A stretch of 64,000 bases of DNA from an uncultured Verrucomicrobiae bacterium (lineage in GTDB: Bacteria > Verrucomicrobiota > Verrucomicrobiia > Limisphaerales > Palsa-1400). The stretch covers positions 64,001-128,000 of the forward strand of contig CAVXRD010000003.1 in NCBI GenBank assembly GCA_963764165.1, read 5' to 3'. Of this stretch, positions 1-10,404 are shown piece by piece (positions within the stretch are counted from its first letter, which is position 1; every line of letters begins with the position of its first letter). The notes beneath the pieces were generated by a model. It did no database searches. It saw only the letters and a program-made list of their open reading frames with translations, and had not been told where the DNA came from. The position numbers and the translations under genes are program-made.

Positions 1-1
1 A

Positions 2-3000
2 GTCACCTACGGCACAGGCGGACGCTGGGGCGAATGGTCTGGCGGCGGCGGGAGCAGTTTGGAATTGATCGATCCGCATTCGAATCACCGCCTGGCCGCG
101 AATTGGGCCGACAGCGACGACACGCAAAAATCGACATGGACGCTAGTGCAAAACACGGGCGTTCTCGACAACGGCTATAACGTCGAGAGCGGCATTGACC
201 ATGCGCAAGTTGGATTGCTCGACGATGGAGAATGCCTGGTGGACGACCTTCAAGTCACCTACAACGGAAGCAATTACGTTTCCAATGGGACGTTTGAGAG
301 CGGCGCGGGTTTGAACAATTGGGCATTCCAAGGATGCATGGTCTGTTCCAGTCTCGAGAACAGCGGCTACCAAAGCGCCAATTCGTTGCACATCCGCTGC
401 AGCGACAAACTTTGGACGGGAGATAATTCCTGCGAAGTGGCGCTAAATTCCAATCCGATGGCGGCGGGCGATACCGTGACGATGAGTTACATGGCGCGTT
501 GGCTTCATGGCCAGCCGGAACCAAATTTTCGCCTCAATGGCAACTGGCTGGAGGCGACGACCGTGCTTCCTGTGCCAGCCAATTTAGGCAATCCCGGCGC
601 GCCCAACAGCCAATTTGTCTCCAATGCGGGGCCGGCCATGTATAACGTCACTCACACGCCAAGCGTTCCCGCCGCAAATCAAGCGGTCGTCGTCACCGCG
701 CAAGCCCACGACCCCGACGGCATTCAAAGCCTGACTCTTTATTACCGCCTCGATCCTTCCACAACGTATATCGCCGTCCCCATGAACGACAATGGCTCCA
801 ACGGCGATGCCGTGGCGGGCGATGGAATTTTCAGCGCAACCATTCCCGGCCAGGCGGCCAATCAAATCGCCGCGTTTTATATTGCGGCGTCGGACGATCT
901 GGGCGCATCAACTCGCTTTCCGGCCCTCCGCACGAAGGACAATGTCGCTCCGCCGGAATGCGTGGTGATGTTTGGTGACGGAAACCCTGGTGGAAGTTTC
1001 GGCGTTTACCACTTTTGGATGACGCAGACCAATCTGACCCGCTGGGCCAACCTCGGAAACTTAAGCCGTGATTGGAACAACGATTGCACTTTCGTCAACG
1101 GCAAACGAGTCATATACAACGCCGGTGGCCGTTACAGCGGCAGCCCGGCCCATCAGGATTACGACACGCCGAATGGCAGCCTTTGCGCCTACGAGTTCAA
1201 GCTCCCGGCGGACGATATGTTCCTAGGCACTTCGGATTTCAAAAAGTTGCATCAGCCGGGCAACACGCCGGGTGATGATCCCAGCATTCAACGAGAGCAG
1301 ATCGCCAACACGCTGCTGCGCGCGGTCGGTGTGCCTTGGCTGAATCGCCGTTACGTCGCTGTCTATGTCAACGGCAACCGGCGTCTTAATTTGATGGAAG
1401 ACGCGCAGGTGCCGGACGGCGACATTGTCAAGCAGCATTTCCCGAATGACACGACGGGCTTCCTCTACAAAATGCAGCCGTGGTTCGAAATGGCTCCCTA
1501 CTTGTCCGGTTACGGAATGGGCGCTGACAATTTGTCGTGGTGCACGCTCAATGATTACACCACCACCGGCGGCGCGAAAAAGGTGCCCCGCTACCGATGG
1601 CAATACGAAATGCGCCGCACCCCGGACAATTACAGCGATTTCGCGCCGGTGTTTTCCTTGATCGACGCGGCGAATTCCTACAGCACGCCCAATTACGTGG
1701 CGAACATGGAAAACATCGCCGACATGAAAAATTGGATGGGTGTCTTCGCCGCCAATCACGCGGGGGGCAATTGGGATTCCTTCGGCGCGCAGAACGAGCA
1801 AAATCTTTACGGTTATATTGGCACGGCGGGAACCAAGTATTCGCTGCTGATGTGGGATTTCAATATTTCCATCGGAAATTCCGGCCCCGGCTACGTCTCA
1901 TGGAGCCCGGGGCAGAATCTGTTTTACGTGAATCCGTCCGATCCTAATATGTCGAACATTTACAACACGCCTGCGTTTCAGCGGATGTATTGGCGCGCTT
2001 TGCAGACGATTGCCAACGGCCCGCTTAACGTCGCCAACAGCGGTCCGCTGATCATGGCCAAATACAACGCGTTCACGGCCAACGGCCTCAGCGTAGAAAA
2101 TCCGACCGCCGCCATCGAACCGTGGCTCTCCTCGGCGGGGGCAAGCATCAATGCGCAATTGGCGGCTGTGAATTCGACGACCTTCGCGATTAGTCCGAAT
2201 GTCAGCGTGATCAACAACATCGCTTACGTCACTGGCGAGGCGCCCGTCGCGGTGGACACCGTGCTGATTAACGGCGAAGCTTTGCCAATTACCTGGACCT
2301 CCCTGACAAATTGGTCGATGGCGGTGCCGCTGCATGCGGGAACGAATCTGCTGGGAGTAACGGCTGTGGCCACGAACGGCGTTCCCATCGCCGGTTACAC
2401 GGGCAATGTTTCCGTGGTCTATGTTGCGGCGATTCCCTCACCGGTTGGGAAGGTCGTTTTCAACGAAATCATGTTCGATCCGCTGGCGGAGAATGCGGCG
2501 TTCGTGGAATTGTACAATGGTTCGCCGAGCACAACATTCGATCTCTCTGGCTGGCAAATTCCCGCGTTGTCTTACACGTTTTCCAACGGAGCAAGCCTTG
2601 GCCCCAACGCATTTCTTGTGCTGGGAGCGAGCCGGATTTATTACGCTGACGCCTACGGTGTGACCAACACCCTTTACGACGTTTTTCCCGGGACGCTCGC
2701 CCCCGGCCAATTGCTCACGCTGCTGCAGCCGAGCGGTTCCAGCAACATCACGGTGGCGGCGGTGCAATTTGACTGCGTCGCGCCGTGGCCGGCCAATACG
2801 TCCGGGACAGGTTATTCGCTCCAATTAATCGATCCGCACCAGGACAACTGGCGGGTTGGAAATTGGGCCGCGGGCCCTGCCACTCCCGCCGCGAAGAATG
2901 TGGACGCTGTATCTTTGACTCCGTTCCAGCCGCTATGGATCAACGAGGTCGAGCCCGTGAATTTGACGGGCATTACGAACAGCGCCGGCCAGCGCGCGCC

Positions 3001-4375
3001 GTGGATTGAATTATTCAACCCGAGCAGCAACGTGGTTTCGCTGAAGGGACTTTATCTATCCGACACATTCACAAACCTCGGCCAGTGGCCGTTCCTGACC
3101 AATGCAACAATCAACCCGGGCCAGTTCATGGTGATTTTCGCGGATGGCCTGACGAATCTTTCGACGACAAAGCAATTGCACACGAGCTTCATGCTGCCCG
3201 CCTCCAGCGGTTCGGTGGCGCTGAGCCGGTTGACAAACGGCCAGTATCAGGTGCTCGATTATCTCAACTACACCAATTTGCTTCCCAATTATTCCTACGG
3301 CTCGATTCCTGACGGGCAAAGTTTTTTGCGCTCCACCATGCCGCAACCGACTCCAGGGGCCTCGAACAGCGCGGCAGGGGCGGGTGGGGCATCTTTTGTT
3401 GCGTATCTCACCGCCGGTTCGGTTTATTCGCAAAACTTCGATTCGTTGCCAGACCCCGGCGCGACATCAGTGGATTCGGCCAACCCAGTGACGATCGACG
3501 GCATCACGTATTCGCTCTCAAATCCATTCGACTTTGCCGCGGCAGCCAGCAGCAGCGGGGAGAACGGCGGTTTGGGAATCTCGGCGATGCAAGGGTGGTA
3601 CGGGCTGGCAAATCCCACCGCGAGCGTGGGAGTCCGTTTTGGAGCGAGCGATGGCGATCAAACCACTGGCGGCCAGATCAGCTTCGGCCCGGAAAACGGA
3701 TCAAACCGCGCCCTCGGCCTGCTGGCCACCAGCACGACCGGATACACGGCTTTTGGATTGCGGCTCATCAACGCAACGGGCGAGACGCTCAATTTTATGA
3801 ATTTGCATTTCACGGGTGAAGTCTGGCGCCAGTCAAATCTGGCCAAGACGCTGCAATTCTATTATTTTATTGACACAACCGGCACCAATTCGTTTTCGAC
3901 CGCCGCCACGGCCTATTTGCCTGCGTTGAACGTAAATTTTCCAACTGTTTCCGGCGATGCCGGCGGCGTGGCTGTCGACGGCGCTTCCACCAACAATCAG
4001 GCCGTGAACGCCGTGGTGAATCAGCAGATATACCCTTGGCCGCCCGACGCGGCGCTGTGGCTGGTTTGGGAGATGTCCAGCCCCACCGGGAAGGCCCAAG
4101 GTTTGGCCATCGATAATCTGACTTTCTCCGCCACGCCACAGGCGGTGCTGACCCCCGTTTCTATGACCGCGCAATCGGCGGGCACGAACGTCGTTTTGAC
4201 GTGGCCGGGGTTGGCTGGGCAGGCGTATCAAGTGCAATACAAAACCAATCTGACCGACGCCGCATGGCTGCCGCTCAACAGCCCCATGGACGGAACCGGT
4301 GCTGCTGTTATGTTGACAAATAATCTCGGCGGCGCTCCCCAGCGCTTTTACCGCCTGGCGATTTTGCCACCGTGA
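2..4375 (+). CDS. Large surface/secreted protein with lamin-tail domains and a CotH kinase-like domain (5' truncated by window edge)
   Basis: Frame is open from nt 2 (VTYGTGGRWGEWSGGGGSSLELIDP). Lamin-tail-type motifs VVFNEIMF..FVELYN and WINEV..WIELFN. CotH-like NWDSFG..NLYGY..MWDFN. C-terminal VLTW..YQVQYKTNL..W..QRFYRL module. Confidence 0.8.
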   Translation, partial: VTYGTGGRWGEWSGGGGSSLELIDPHSNHRLAANWADSDDTQKSTWTLVQNTGVLDNGYNVESGIDHAQVGLLDDGECLVDDLQVTYNGSNYVSNGTFESGAGLNNWAFQGCMVCSSLENSGYQSANSLHIRCSDKLWTGDNSCEVALNSNPMAAGDTVTMSYMARWLHGQPEPNFRLNGNWLEATTVLPVPANLGNPGAPNSQFVSNAGPAMYNVTHTPSVPAANQAVVVTAQAHDPDGIQSLTLYYRLDPSTTYIAVPMNDNGSNGDAVAGDGIFSATIPGQAANQIAAFYIAASDDLGASTRFPALRTKDNVAPPECVVMFGDGNPGGSFGVYHFWMTQTNLTRWANLGNLSRDWNNDCTFVNGKRVIYNAGGRYSGSPAHQDYDTPNGSLCAYEFKLPADDMFLGTSDFKKLHQPGNTPGDDPSIQREQIANTLLRAVGVPWLNRRYVAVYVNGNRRLNLMEDAQVPDGDIVKQHFPNDTTGFLYKMQPWFEMAPYLSGYGMGADNLSWCTLNDYTTTGGAKKVPRYRWQYEMRRTPDNYSDFAPVFSLIDAANSYSTPNYVANMENIADMKNWMGVFAANHAGGNWDSFGAQNEQNLYGYIGTAGTKYSLLMWDFNISIGNSGPGYVSWSPGQNLFYVNPSDPNMSNIYNTPAFQRMYWRALQTIANGPLNVANSGPLIMAKYNAFTANGLSVENPTAAIEPWLSSAGASINAQLAAVNSTTFAISPNVSVINNIAYVTGEAPVAVDTVLINGEALPITWTSLTNWSMAVPLHAGTNLLGVTAVATNGVPIAGYTGNVSVVYVAAIPSPVGKVVFNEIMFDPLAENAAFVELYNGSPSTTFDLSGWQIPALSYTFSNGASLGPNAFLVLGASRIYYADAYGVTNTLYDVFPGTLAPGQLLTLLQPSGSSNITVAAVQFDCVAPWPANTSGTGYSLQLIDPHQDNWRVGNWAAGPATPAAKNVDAVSLTPFQPLWINEVEPVNLTGITNSAGQRAPWIELFNPSSNVVSLKGLYLSDTFTNLGQWPFLTNATINPGQFMVIFADGLTNLSTTKQLHTSFMLPASSGSVALSRLTNGQYQVLDYLNYTNLLPNYSYGSIPDGQSFLRSTMPQPTPGASNSAAGAGGASFVAYLTAGSVYSQNFDSLPDPGATSVDSANPVTIDGITYSLSNPFDFAAAASSSGENGGLGISAMQGWYGLANPTASVGVRFGASDGDQTTGGQISFGPENGSNRALGLLATSTTGYTAFGLRLINATGETLNFMNLHFTGEVWRQSNLAKTLQFYYFIDTTGTNSFSTAATAYLPALNVNFPTVSGDAGGVAVDGASTNNQAVNAVVNQQIYPWPPDAALWLVWEMSSPTGKAQGLAIDNLTFSATPQAVLTPVSMTAQSAGTNVVLTWPGLAGQAYQVQYKTNLTDAAWLPLNSPMDGTGAAVMLTNNLGGAPQRFYRLAILPP

Positions 4376-4457
4376 TTTTGAGGCGGCCCAACTTCAGAGG
4401 CCTCCGTTCCAACGAATTGATGGCATTTTTAATTCCATCAGGTTACGTTGCTGCGCA

Positions 4458-6338
4458 ATGAAATTCGTTGCCTTCATTGCCTGCCTGTTGTTGGGCGCGC
4501 CGCGCGTGGCCACGGCGCAGCCGCGCCCGAACCAGGACAACCGGTTTTCTGTGCGCTCGAACTACACCAAATTCGAGTATTTCATCCCGATGCGCGACGG
4601 TGCGAAACTTTGCACAGAAGTTTACGTGCCGAAGGATTCATCCAAGACGTATCCGATCATGTTTCAACGGACGCCCTATTCGGTGCGCCCGTACGGAACC
4701 AATAATTACTCCGACAGGCTCGCACCCGGCTCGATGTTCGCGTCGAATGGCTTCATTTTTGCCTTCCAGGATGTGCGGGGGCGTTTCAACTCGGAGGGAA
4801 TTTTTATCGACGAGGCGCCGCACATCGAGCATCCGAATGGAACCAACGACGTCGATCCCAGCACCGACACCTACGACAGCATCGATTGGATGGTGAAGAA
4901 TATCCCCAATAACAATGGGCGGGTCGGGATGTCTGGGATTTCTTACCCGGGATTTTACGCGGCTTACGCCCTGGTCAATTCGCATCCGGCGCTGAGGGCG
5001 GATTCCCCGCAAGCGCCGATGGGTGATGTCGGAAATGGCGATGACGTCTATCACAACGGCGCGTTTTTCCTGGCGGCCAATTTTGGATTTTTCACCGGAT
5101 TCTGGCCGCGCGGGCCGAAGCCCGGAGAGGCGCGGTCGCCCCGGGATTTCAGTTTTGGCACCAGCGACGAATACGATTTTTACCTGCGCATGGGCCCGCT
5201 GGCGAATGCCGAAGATATCGTGTTCAAACATAAGAACCAATATTGGAGCGACATGCTCAAGCACCCGAATTACGACGAGTTTTGGTCATCGCGCGCGCTG
5301 GGGCCGAATATGCATCATTTGACTTCGCCGGTTTTGCTGGTGGGCGGCTGGTATGATGCGGAGGATTTGGGCGGAACATTGAAGTTGTTTCACGCGATTG
5401 AACAGCACGGCGATGCACCCGGCTTGACGCTGGTGATGGGGCCGTGGTCGCACGGCCAATGGGGGCGCGGAGCGGGGGACAAGCTGGGCGATTTGAGCTT
5501 TGATTCGAAGACGGGCGAATACTATCGCGATCAAATTCAATTCCCGTTCTTCAACCAGTATCTCAAGGGCGACGCTCCGACGAATTTTCCGAGGGCGTGG
5601 GTATTTGAAACAGGGGGGAATCAGTGGCGCCAGTTCGATGCGTGGCCGCCAAAAAACACCCAGCCGCGCTCCATCTATTTGCAGTCTGGAGGGCGGTTGA
5701 CGCTCACGCCAGCGGGCAAGGAAAAAGAAGGCTTCGACGAATACATCAGCGACCCAGCCAAGCCGGTGCCCGTTTCCGGGGAAATAGGCGAGGGGATGGC
5801 GGGCGACTACATGACGTTCGACCAGCGCTTCGCCTCGCAACGGCCCGACGTGCTCACCTACGAAAGCGAGCCGTTGAGCGAGCCTATGACGATCGCCGGT
5901 CCGGTGACTCCCGTGCTCCGCGTTTCAACTTCGGGCACCGATTCCGATTTCATTGTGAAACTGATCGACGTTTTCCCGAACGACACGCCCGATCCGGATC
6001 CGAACCCTAAGGATATTCACTTTGGCGGCTACCAGCAGATGGTGCGCGGCGAGCCGTTCCGGGGAAAATTTCGCAACAGCATGTCGGCTCCCGAACCGTT
6101 CACTCCGAAGAAACCGGCGAAAATCGAATTCGCGATGCCGGACGTTTTGCACACCTTCCAAAAAGGGCATCGCATCATGGTGCAGATCCAGAGCACATGG
6201 TTCCCGATGGTGGATCGCAACCCGCAGCAATTTTTGGATATCCCTTCCGCGAGAGCCTCGGATTTCGTGAAGGCGACAGAACGAGTTTATTACGGCGGAA
6301 AATCCGGCACGCACATCGATGTGCTGGTGTTGAAATAA
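4458..6338 (+). CDS. CocE/NonD family serine hydrolase (peptidase S15 / alpha-amino acid ester hydrolase-like), secreted
   Basis: Signal peptide; IPMRDG, RTPY, QDVRGRFNSEG; nucleophile elbow GISYPG; C-terminal jelly-roll domain with HTFQKGHRIMVQIQS. Confidence 0.9.
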   Translation: MKFVAFIACLLLGAPRVATAQPRPNQDNRFSVRSNYTKFEYFIPMRDGAKLCTEVYVPKDSSKTYPIMFQRTPYSVRPYGTNNYSDRLAPGSMFASNGFIFAFQDVRGRFNSEGIFIDEAPHIEHPNGTNDVDPSTDTYDSIDWMVKNIPNNNGRVGMSGISYPGFYAAYALVNSHPALRADSPQAPMGDVGNGDDVYHNGAFFLAANFGFFTGFWPRGPKPGEARSPRDFSFGTSDEYDFYLRMGPLANAEDIVFKHKNQYWSDMLKHPNYDEFWSSRALGPNMHHLTSPVLLVGGWYDAEDLGGTLKLFHAIEQHGDAPGLTLVMGPWSHGQWGRGAGDKLGDLSFDSKTGEYYRDQIQFPFFNQYLKGDAPTNFPRAWVFETGGNQWRQFDAWPPKNTQPRSIYLQSGGRLTLTPAGKEKEGFDEYISDPAKPVPVSGEIGEGMAGDYMTFDQRFASQRPDVLTYESEPLSEPMTIAGPVTPVLRVSTSGTDSDFIVKLIDVFPNDTPDPDPNPKDIHFGGYQQMVRGEPFRGKFRNSMSAPEPFTPKKPAKIEFAMPDVLHTFQKGHRIMVQIQSTWFPMVDRNPQQFLDIPSARASDFVKATERVYYGGKSGTHIDVLVLK

Positions 6339-6385
6339 AGGGTGCTAACGAAATGATGTTTGCGCTTTCATCAATTGCAACGGGC

Positions 6386-6693
6386 GGTAGGGCGAGGCTT
6401 CTGCCGGTCGTCGCAACTGCGCATGTGGAAGATGCCGGAGGCATCACAGCTTGTAGCCGGTGGTTGAGCGAAGCGACACCACCGGATACGAGGAAAGTAA
6501 CGACTCATCCCGGCAGGGATGACAGCGGCTTGGCATGTCGGCAATTCATGCTGGCATCCTTTCAGGATGCAGGGGGCATTGGGCGTTTTTCCGGTGGTGT
6601 CGCTTCGCTCAACCACCGGCTACAAGCTTGCATCCCTTCCGGGATGCTTGCCACCGCGCTCGTCGGGCGGCTTCATTCGAAGCCTCACCCTGC
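6386..6693. repeat. Nested palindromic element: degenerate GTAG-REP doublet enclosing a 39-bp perfect inverted repeat and four short hairpins
   Basis: Outer arms GGTAGGGCGAGGCTTC (6386-6401) and GAAGCCTCACCCTGC (6679-6693). Inner perfect inverted repeat 6448-6486 / 6590-6628. GCATCC/GGATGC-type hairpins at about 6431, 6506, 6554 and 6630. Confidence 0.85.
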
Positions 6694-6711
6694 AATACTC
6701 CTGTGATCGGG

Positions 6712-7110
6712 ATGGCAATCGCGTTTATATTGTTTGTCACTTCGGCTTGGTGGCTCCTTCGCACTTTACCCGTTCAAAACGTTGCGATGATATTCGCTGT
6801 TTTGGTGGCTGGTGAAGCGACGATGGAGGCGTACTACAACAATAGGCATTTTCAACTTGCGCCACTGCTTTATTGGCCGGGCGTGTCGGTGGGATTGCGC
6901 ATGAGCGCGCGCTGGCTGCTGCGGCAGTTCGGTTTGAGGAATTACGGGATCTGGCTCATTCTCATTGTCACTGTGCTTGCCACGCTTTTGCAATGGTCGA
7001 TTGAAGCCAGGGAAATCGTGGGCCGGGCGCTTTGGACCCCGACGATTCTGGCGGTGCTCGCGCCATGGTTCATCTCAAAGCTTCCGTATCAGCCACATAA
7101 CCACACTTAA
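6712..7110 (+). CDS. Hypothetical membrane protein
   Basis: Several hydrophobic helices from MAIAFILF. The upstream part of the listed ORF runs through repeat DNA. Overlaps the convergent gene by 36 bp. Confidence 0.55.
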   Translation: MAIAFILFVTSAWWLLRTLPVQNVAMIFAVLVAGEATMEAYYNNRHFQLAPLLYWPGVSVGLRMSARWLLRQFGLRNYGIWLILIVTVLATLLQWSIEAREIVGRALWTPTILAVLAPWFISKLPYQPHNHT

Positions 7111-7290
7111 AATAATGCTCACTACGATGCAGGTGACGACGGGGAAGTGGAAGCTGACATTTTCGCGGGTGTAGTTGATGTCGCCCGGCAGCCGGCCCAG
7201 CCAGCCGCGGCCAAATCCCGCCCACAACAGCGCGCCGATTCCCGCCATGACCAGGCCCGCCACCACCATGAATTTTCCGAGCTCATTCAT
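7075..7290 (-). CDS. DUF2905 family small membrane protein
   Basis: GRLPGDI..FHFPVVTCI motif between two TM helices; start overlaps the stop of the upstream ABC gene. Confidence 0.85.
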   Translation of the reverse strand: MNELGKFMVVAGLVMAGIGALLWAGFGRGWLGRLPGDINYTRENVSFHFPVVTCIVVSIILSVVMWLIRKL

Positions 7291-9146
7291 TGCTTCGCCG
7301 CAGTGATTTGCTCAAAGGTTTCTTCAATCAAACTGGTGTTTTGAATGCGCGAGAGCTTTGCGTAAAGCCCGTTGCGCTCGATCAATTCGTCGTGCGTGCC
7401 GCGTTCTGAAATCTCGCCGCGCAACATCACCAATATCTGGTCGGCATTGCGAATGGTGCTCAATCGATGCGCAATGACAAAGCTGGTGCGATGCGCCATT
7501 AACCGTTCCAAAGCTTCCTGGATAAGTTTCTCGGTCGCCGTGTCGACGCTGGCGGTGGCTTCGTCGAGAATCAGAATCGGCGCGTTTTTCAGCAGGGCGC
7601 GGGCGATGCTCACGCGCTGTTTCTCGCCGACGCTCAATTTCACTCCGCGCTCTCCGACTCGCGAATCGTAACCCTCCGGCAGGCGGGCGATGAATTCGTG
7701 GCAGTTGGCGGCCCTGGCGGCGGCGTGCAATTCCTCCTCGGTGGCGTCCAGTTTTCCGTAAAGTATATTTTCCCGCACGGTGCCGTTGAACAGAAAAGCT
7801 TCCTGGCTCACGACGCTCAAATGTGAGCGCAGCGATTCAAGCGGGATTTCCGAAATATCCTGCCCATCAATCGTAATTCGGCCTTCGGTCAATTCGTAAA
7901 AGGCGGGCAGAAGATTCACGAGAGTGGATTTGCCCGAACCCGTCGGTCCAACCAGCGCGATCATCTGGCCAGGGAACGCGTGAAGCGAAATATTGGAAAG
8001 CGCGGTGCGCCCCTCGCTGTAACTGAAACCGACGCCTTCGTAGCGGACCTCGCCGCGAACGGGTTCGCGCAGCGGCTTGAGCCGGCGGCTGTCCGTCGAG
8101 GCGCGCTCCGGAGTGGCGTCAAGAATATCGAACACCCGTTCGCCCGCCGCGCGGGCCGATTGCAGCATCTGGTTCAGGCTGTGCAGCGTTTTCACCGGCT
8201 CGTAAAACATGGTCACATAAATGACAAACGCCACCAGCGCTCCCACCGTCAATTTGTGCTCGGCGACCAGCGAGCCGCCATACCACAAGACCAGCGCAAT
8301 CCCGAGCGAAGCTATGAAATACATGGCGGGCGAGTAGATGGCCCAGATTTTCATCACCAAGAGCGTGCTCTTGCGAAGGTCGTCGGCCCGCGCCGCGAAA
8401 CGTTCGTCTTCGTGGGTTTGCCGGCCAAAGGACTTGATTTGCCGGACACCCTGGAGGCTGTCCATCAGGAAGGCGTTCATGGCGCTGGAGGCGCGGCGCT
8501 GCGCCCGGTAACGGCGGTGCGCCGTCAGCGTATACCAAAGCGCTCCGCCCGCCAAAAAGGGCAGGGGCGCAAGTGAGATCAGCGCAAGGGTCGCGTTCTT
8601 GTAAAACAAAAGCGCAAGCACGCCACCGATCGTGAGCACGGCCACCGTCCCTTGCTCCGTTCCGTCAATAAGAATGCGCTCCACGGAATTGACGTCCTCG
8701 ATGACGCGCGTCATCAAATCGCCGGAAGCCCGCTGGTCGAAATAACCGACCGGCAGCCGTTGCAGGCGCCCAAACACATCGCGGCGCATGTCGTAAATGA
8801 CGTTCTGCTCGAAGTAATTGTTGACAAGAATGCGCAGGCTGTTGAACAAATCGCGCAAAAGAAAAATCCCGGCCAGGCTTGCCGCCAGCGTGAAGTAGCC
8901 TGAAACTGCGCCGCGCTGCACGTTGTCGATTATTGCCTGCACGAGGCCCGGAAAAATCAGCGAGCAGCCCAGTGATACGAGCGCGCAACCAATGTTCGCG
9001 GAGGCCTGCCATTTGTAAGGTTTTAGATAAACCGCCACCCGCCGCACGACTTCCCAGGTGGAGCGGGATTTGGCGCGGAATGTGGGATCTTCCTCCCCTT
9101 CGGAATGTTGCCTGCCATGCATTTTAAGACTCTCAGTATCCCCCAT
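7287..9146 (-). CDS. ABC exporter, fused permease and ATP-binding domains (MsbA-like)
   Basis: N-terminal TM domain; Walker A GPTGSGKS; signature LSVGEKQR; Walker B ILILDEAT; IAHRLST. Confidence 0.95.
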   Translation of the reverse strand: MGDTESLKMHGRQHSEGEEDPTFRAKSRSTWEVVRRVAVYLKPYKWQASANIGCALVSLGCSLIFPGLVQAIIDNVQRGAVSGYFTLAASLAGIFLLRDLFNSLRILVNNYFEQNVIYDMRRDVFGRLQRLPVGYFDQRASGDLMTRVIEDVNSVERILIDGTEQGTVAVLTIGGVLALLFYKNATLALISLAPLPFLAGGALWYTLTAHRRYRAQRRASSAMNAFLMDSLQGVRQIKSFGRQTHEDERFAARADDLRKSTLLVMKIWAIYSPAMYFIASLGIALVLWYGGSLVAEHKLTVGALVAFVIYVTMFYEPVKTLHSLNQMLQSARAAGERVFDILDATPERASTDSRRLKPLREPVRGEVRYEGVGFSYSEGRTALSNISLHAFPGQMIALVGPTGSGKSTLVNLLPAFYELTEGRITIDGQDISEIPLESLRSHLSVVSQEAFLFNGTVRENILYGKLDATEEELHAAARAANCHEFIARLPEGYDSRVGERGVKLSVGEKQRVSIARALLKNAPILILDEATASVDTATEKLIQEALERLMAHRTSFVIAHRLSTIRNADQILVMLRGEISERGTHDELIERNGLYAKLSRIQNTSLIEETFEQITAAKQ

Positions 9147-9182
9147 GTGCGGTGCAAATCAACTCTTGCCAATGCCATTCAG

Positions 9183-9263
9183 AGGCAGGGACGCCTCGCC
9201 GAGGCGTCCGGTTGCGCGTGAATTATGCCTCACCCCGGACGCCTCGGCGAGGCGTCCCTACCT
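9183..9263. repeat. REP doublet, family A (GGTAGGGACGCCTCGCCGAGGCGTCCG..CGGACGCCTCGGCGAGGCGTCCCTACC)
   Basis: Two inverted palindromic units with a short spacer; related copies at 13201, 49791 and 62221. Confidence 0.9.
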
Positions 9264-9320
9264 GGCTTCGGCGCAAGTGGATTGAAAAATTCCGGGCGCT
9301 CAGGCAGACTAGCGGGATTG

Positions 9321-10355
9321 ATGAATCCGAAACTGAAACTGGCCGCTTACGCTGTGATGGTGATTCTGTGCGTTTGGTTTGGATTGGGCTTTTATTCAAA
9401 CTACAAGGCCGTGACGCAGGCCGCCGTGTCCGATAACAGCGCGCCACCTCCAGACGCCCCGGCGCCTCCCGCAACCAACACTCCGCCAGCCACGAACGCC
9501 GAAGTGGTGGCAGCGACCAATGGTTCGGCCACGGTTACCAATGGCACCGCCGCCGCGGATACCAATAATCCTGCGGCAACGAATGCAGTTCCGGTCGCCC
9601 AGTCAGCGGCTAAGACGCCGGCCGCCGCTCCGGTCGACAACAGCGGTCGCCGCATGAAAATGATGACCTATCTGGCGGCCTTTGTCGGATCGATCATTGG
9701 CTTGGGATTGCTCGTTGCCAGCGACGTGACGCAGTTCATGGGATCGCAGGCGATTGAATTTCTTTTCAACGACTCAGGGGCTGGCGAGCGCGACCCCGAG
9801 TACGAGAAGGCCGAGGGAGAGTGGGCCAAAGGCAAGTTCCTCGACGCCATTCAAATGATGCGCGATTACCTCAAAAAGCATCCTCGCGAAATGTATGTCG
9901 CGATTCGCATCGCCGAAATCTACGAGAAGGACTTGAAGAACAACCTGGCGGCGACTCTTGAATACGAGGAAATTCTGAAACACCGCCTGCCAGCGGAGCG
10001 TTGGGGCTGGTCGGCCATCCATTTGTGCAACTTGTATTCCAAAACGGGCAAGTCAGACAAGGCGCTGGAACTGTTGAAGCGCATCGCCAACGATTACCCG
10101 AAGACCGGAGCCGCCAAAAAAGCCCGCGCGCGACTTGGCATCGCCGAGCCTGAGCCCGAGGACGCGCCGGAAGCCGCCGACGCCGAGGGGGGCGAAGAAT
10201 CGGCGGACGGCCAGGGCGTCATTGTCATGGAGGAACGTCCGCCTGAATTGGAGCCGCGGCGGGAATCTCCGATGCAGCAGGAGGAGCCATCCGAGCCGGC
10301 CCCAAGACCAGACCCATCCAAGCCGAGCCTTCCACCCGGTTTTCGCAAAAAGTGA
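9321..10355 (+). CDS. Membrane-anchored TPR-like protein with low-complexity linkers
   Basis: Two TM segments separated by an Ala/Thr/Pro-rich linker, helical TPR-like repeats and an acidic/Pro-rich tail. The listed ORF start at 9225 lies inside the REP. Confidence 0.75.
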   Translation: MNPKLKLAAYAVMVILCVWFGLGFYSNYKAVTQAAVSDNSAPPPDAPAPPATNTPPATNAEVVAATNGSATVTNGTAAADTNNPAATNAVPVAQSAAKTPAAAPVDNSGRRMKMMTYLAAFVGSIIGLGLLVASDVTQFMGSQAIEFLFNDSGAGERDPEYEKAEGEWAKGKFLDAIQMMRDYLKKHPREMYVAIRIAEIYEKDLKNNLAATLEYEEILKHRLPAERWGWSAIHLCNLYSKTGKSDKALELLKRIANDYPKTGAAKKARARLGIAEPEPEDAPEAADAEGGEESADGQGVIVMEERPPELEPRRESPMQQEEPSEPAPRPDPSKPSLPPGFRKK

Positions 10356-10404
10356 CCCGCCTTCGCTGAATCTCTGGCGCGGCAACGTCCCGTCTACGTT
10401 AAAA

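Noticed and set aside
6197..6706. 169-aa ORF across the intergenic region
   Set aside because: It is a translation of palindromic repeat DNA with no protein-like features.
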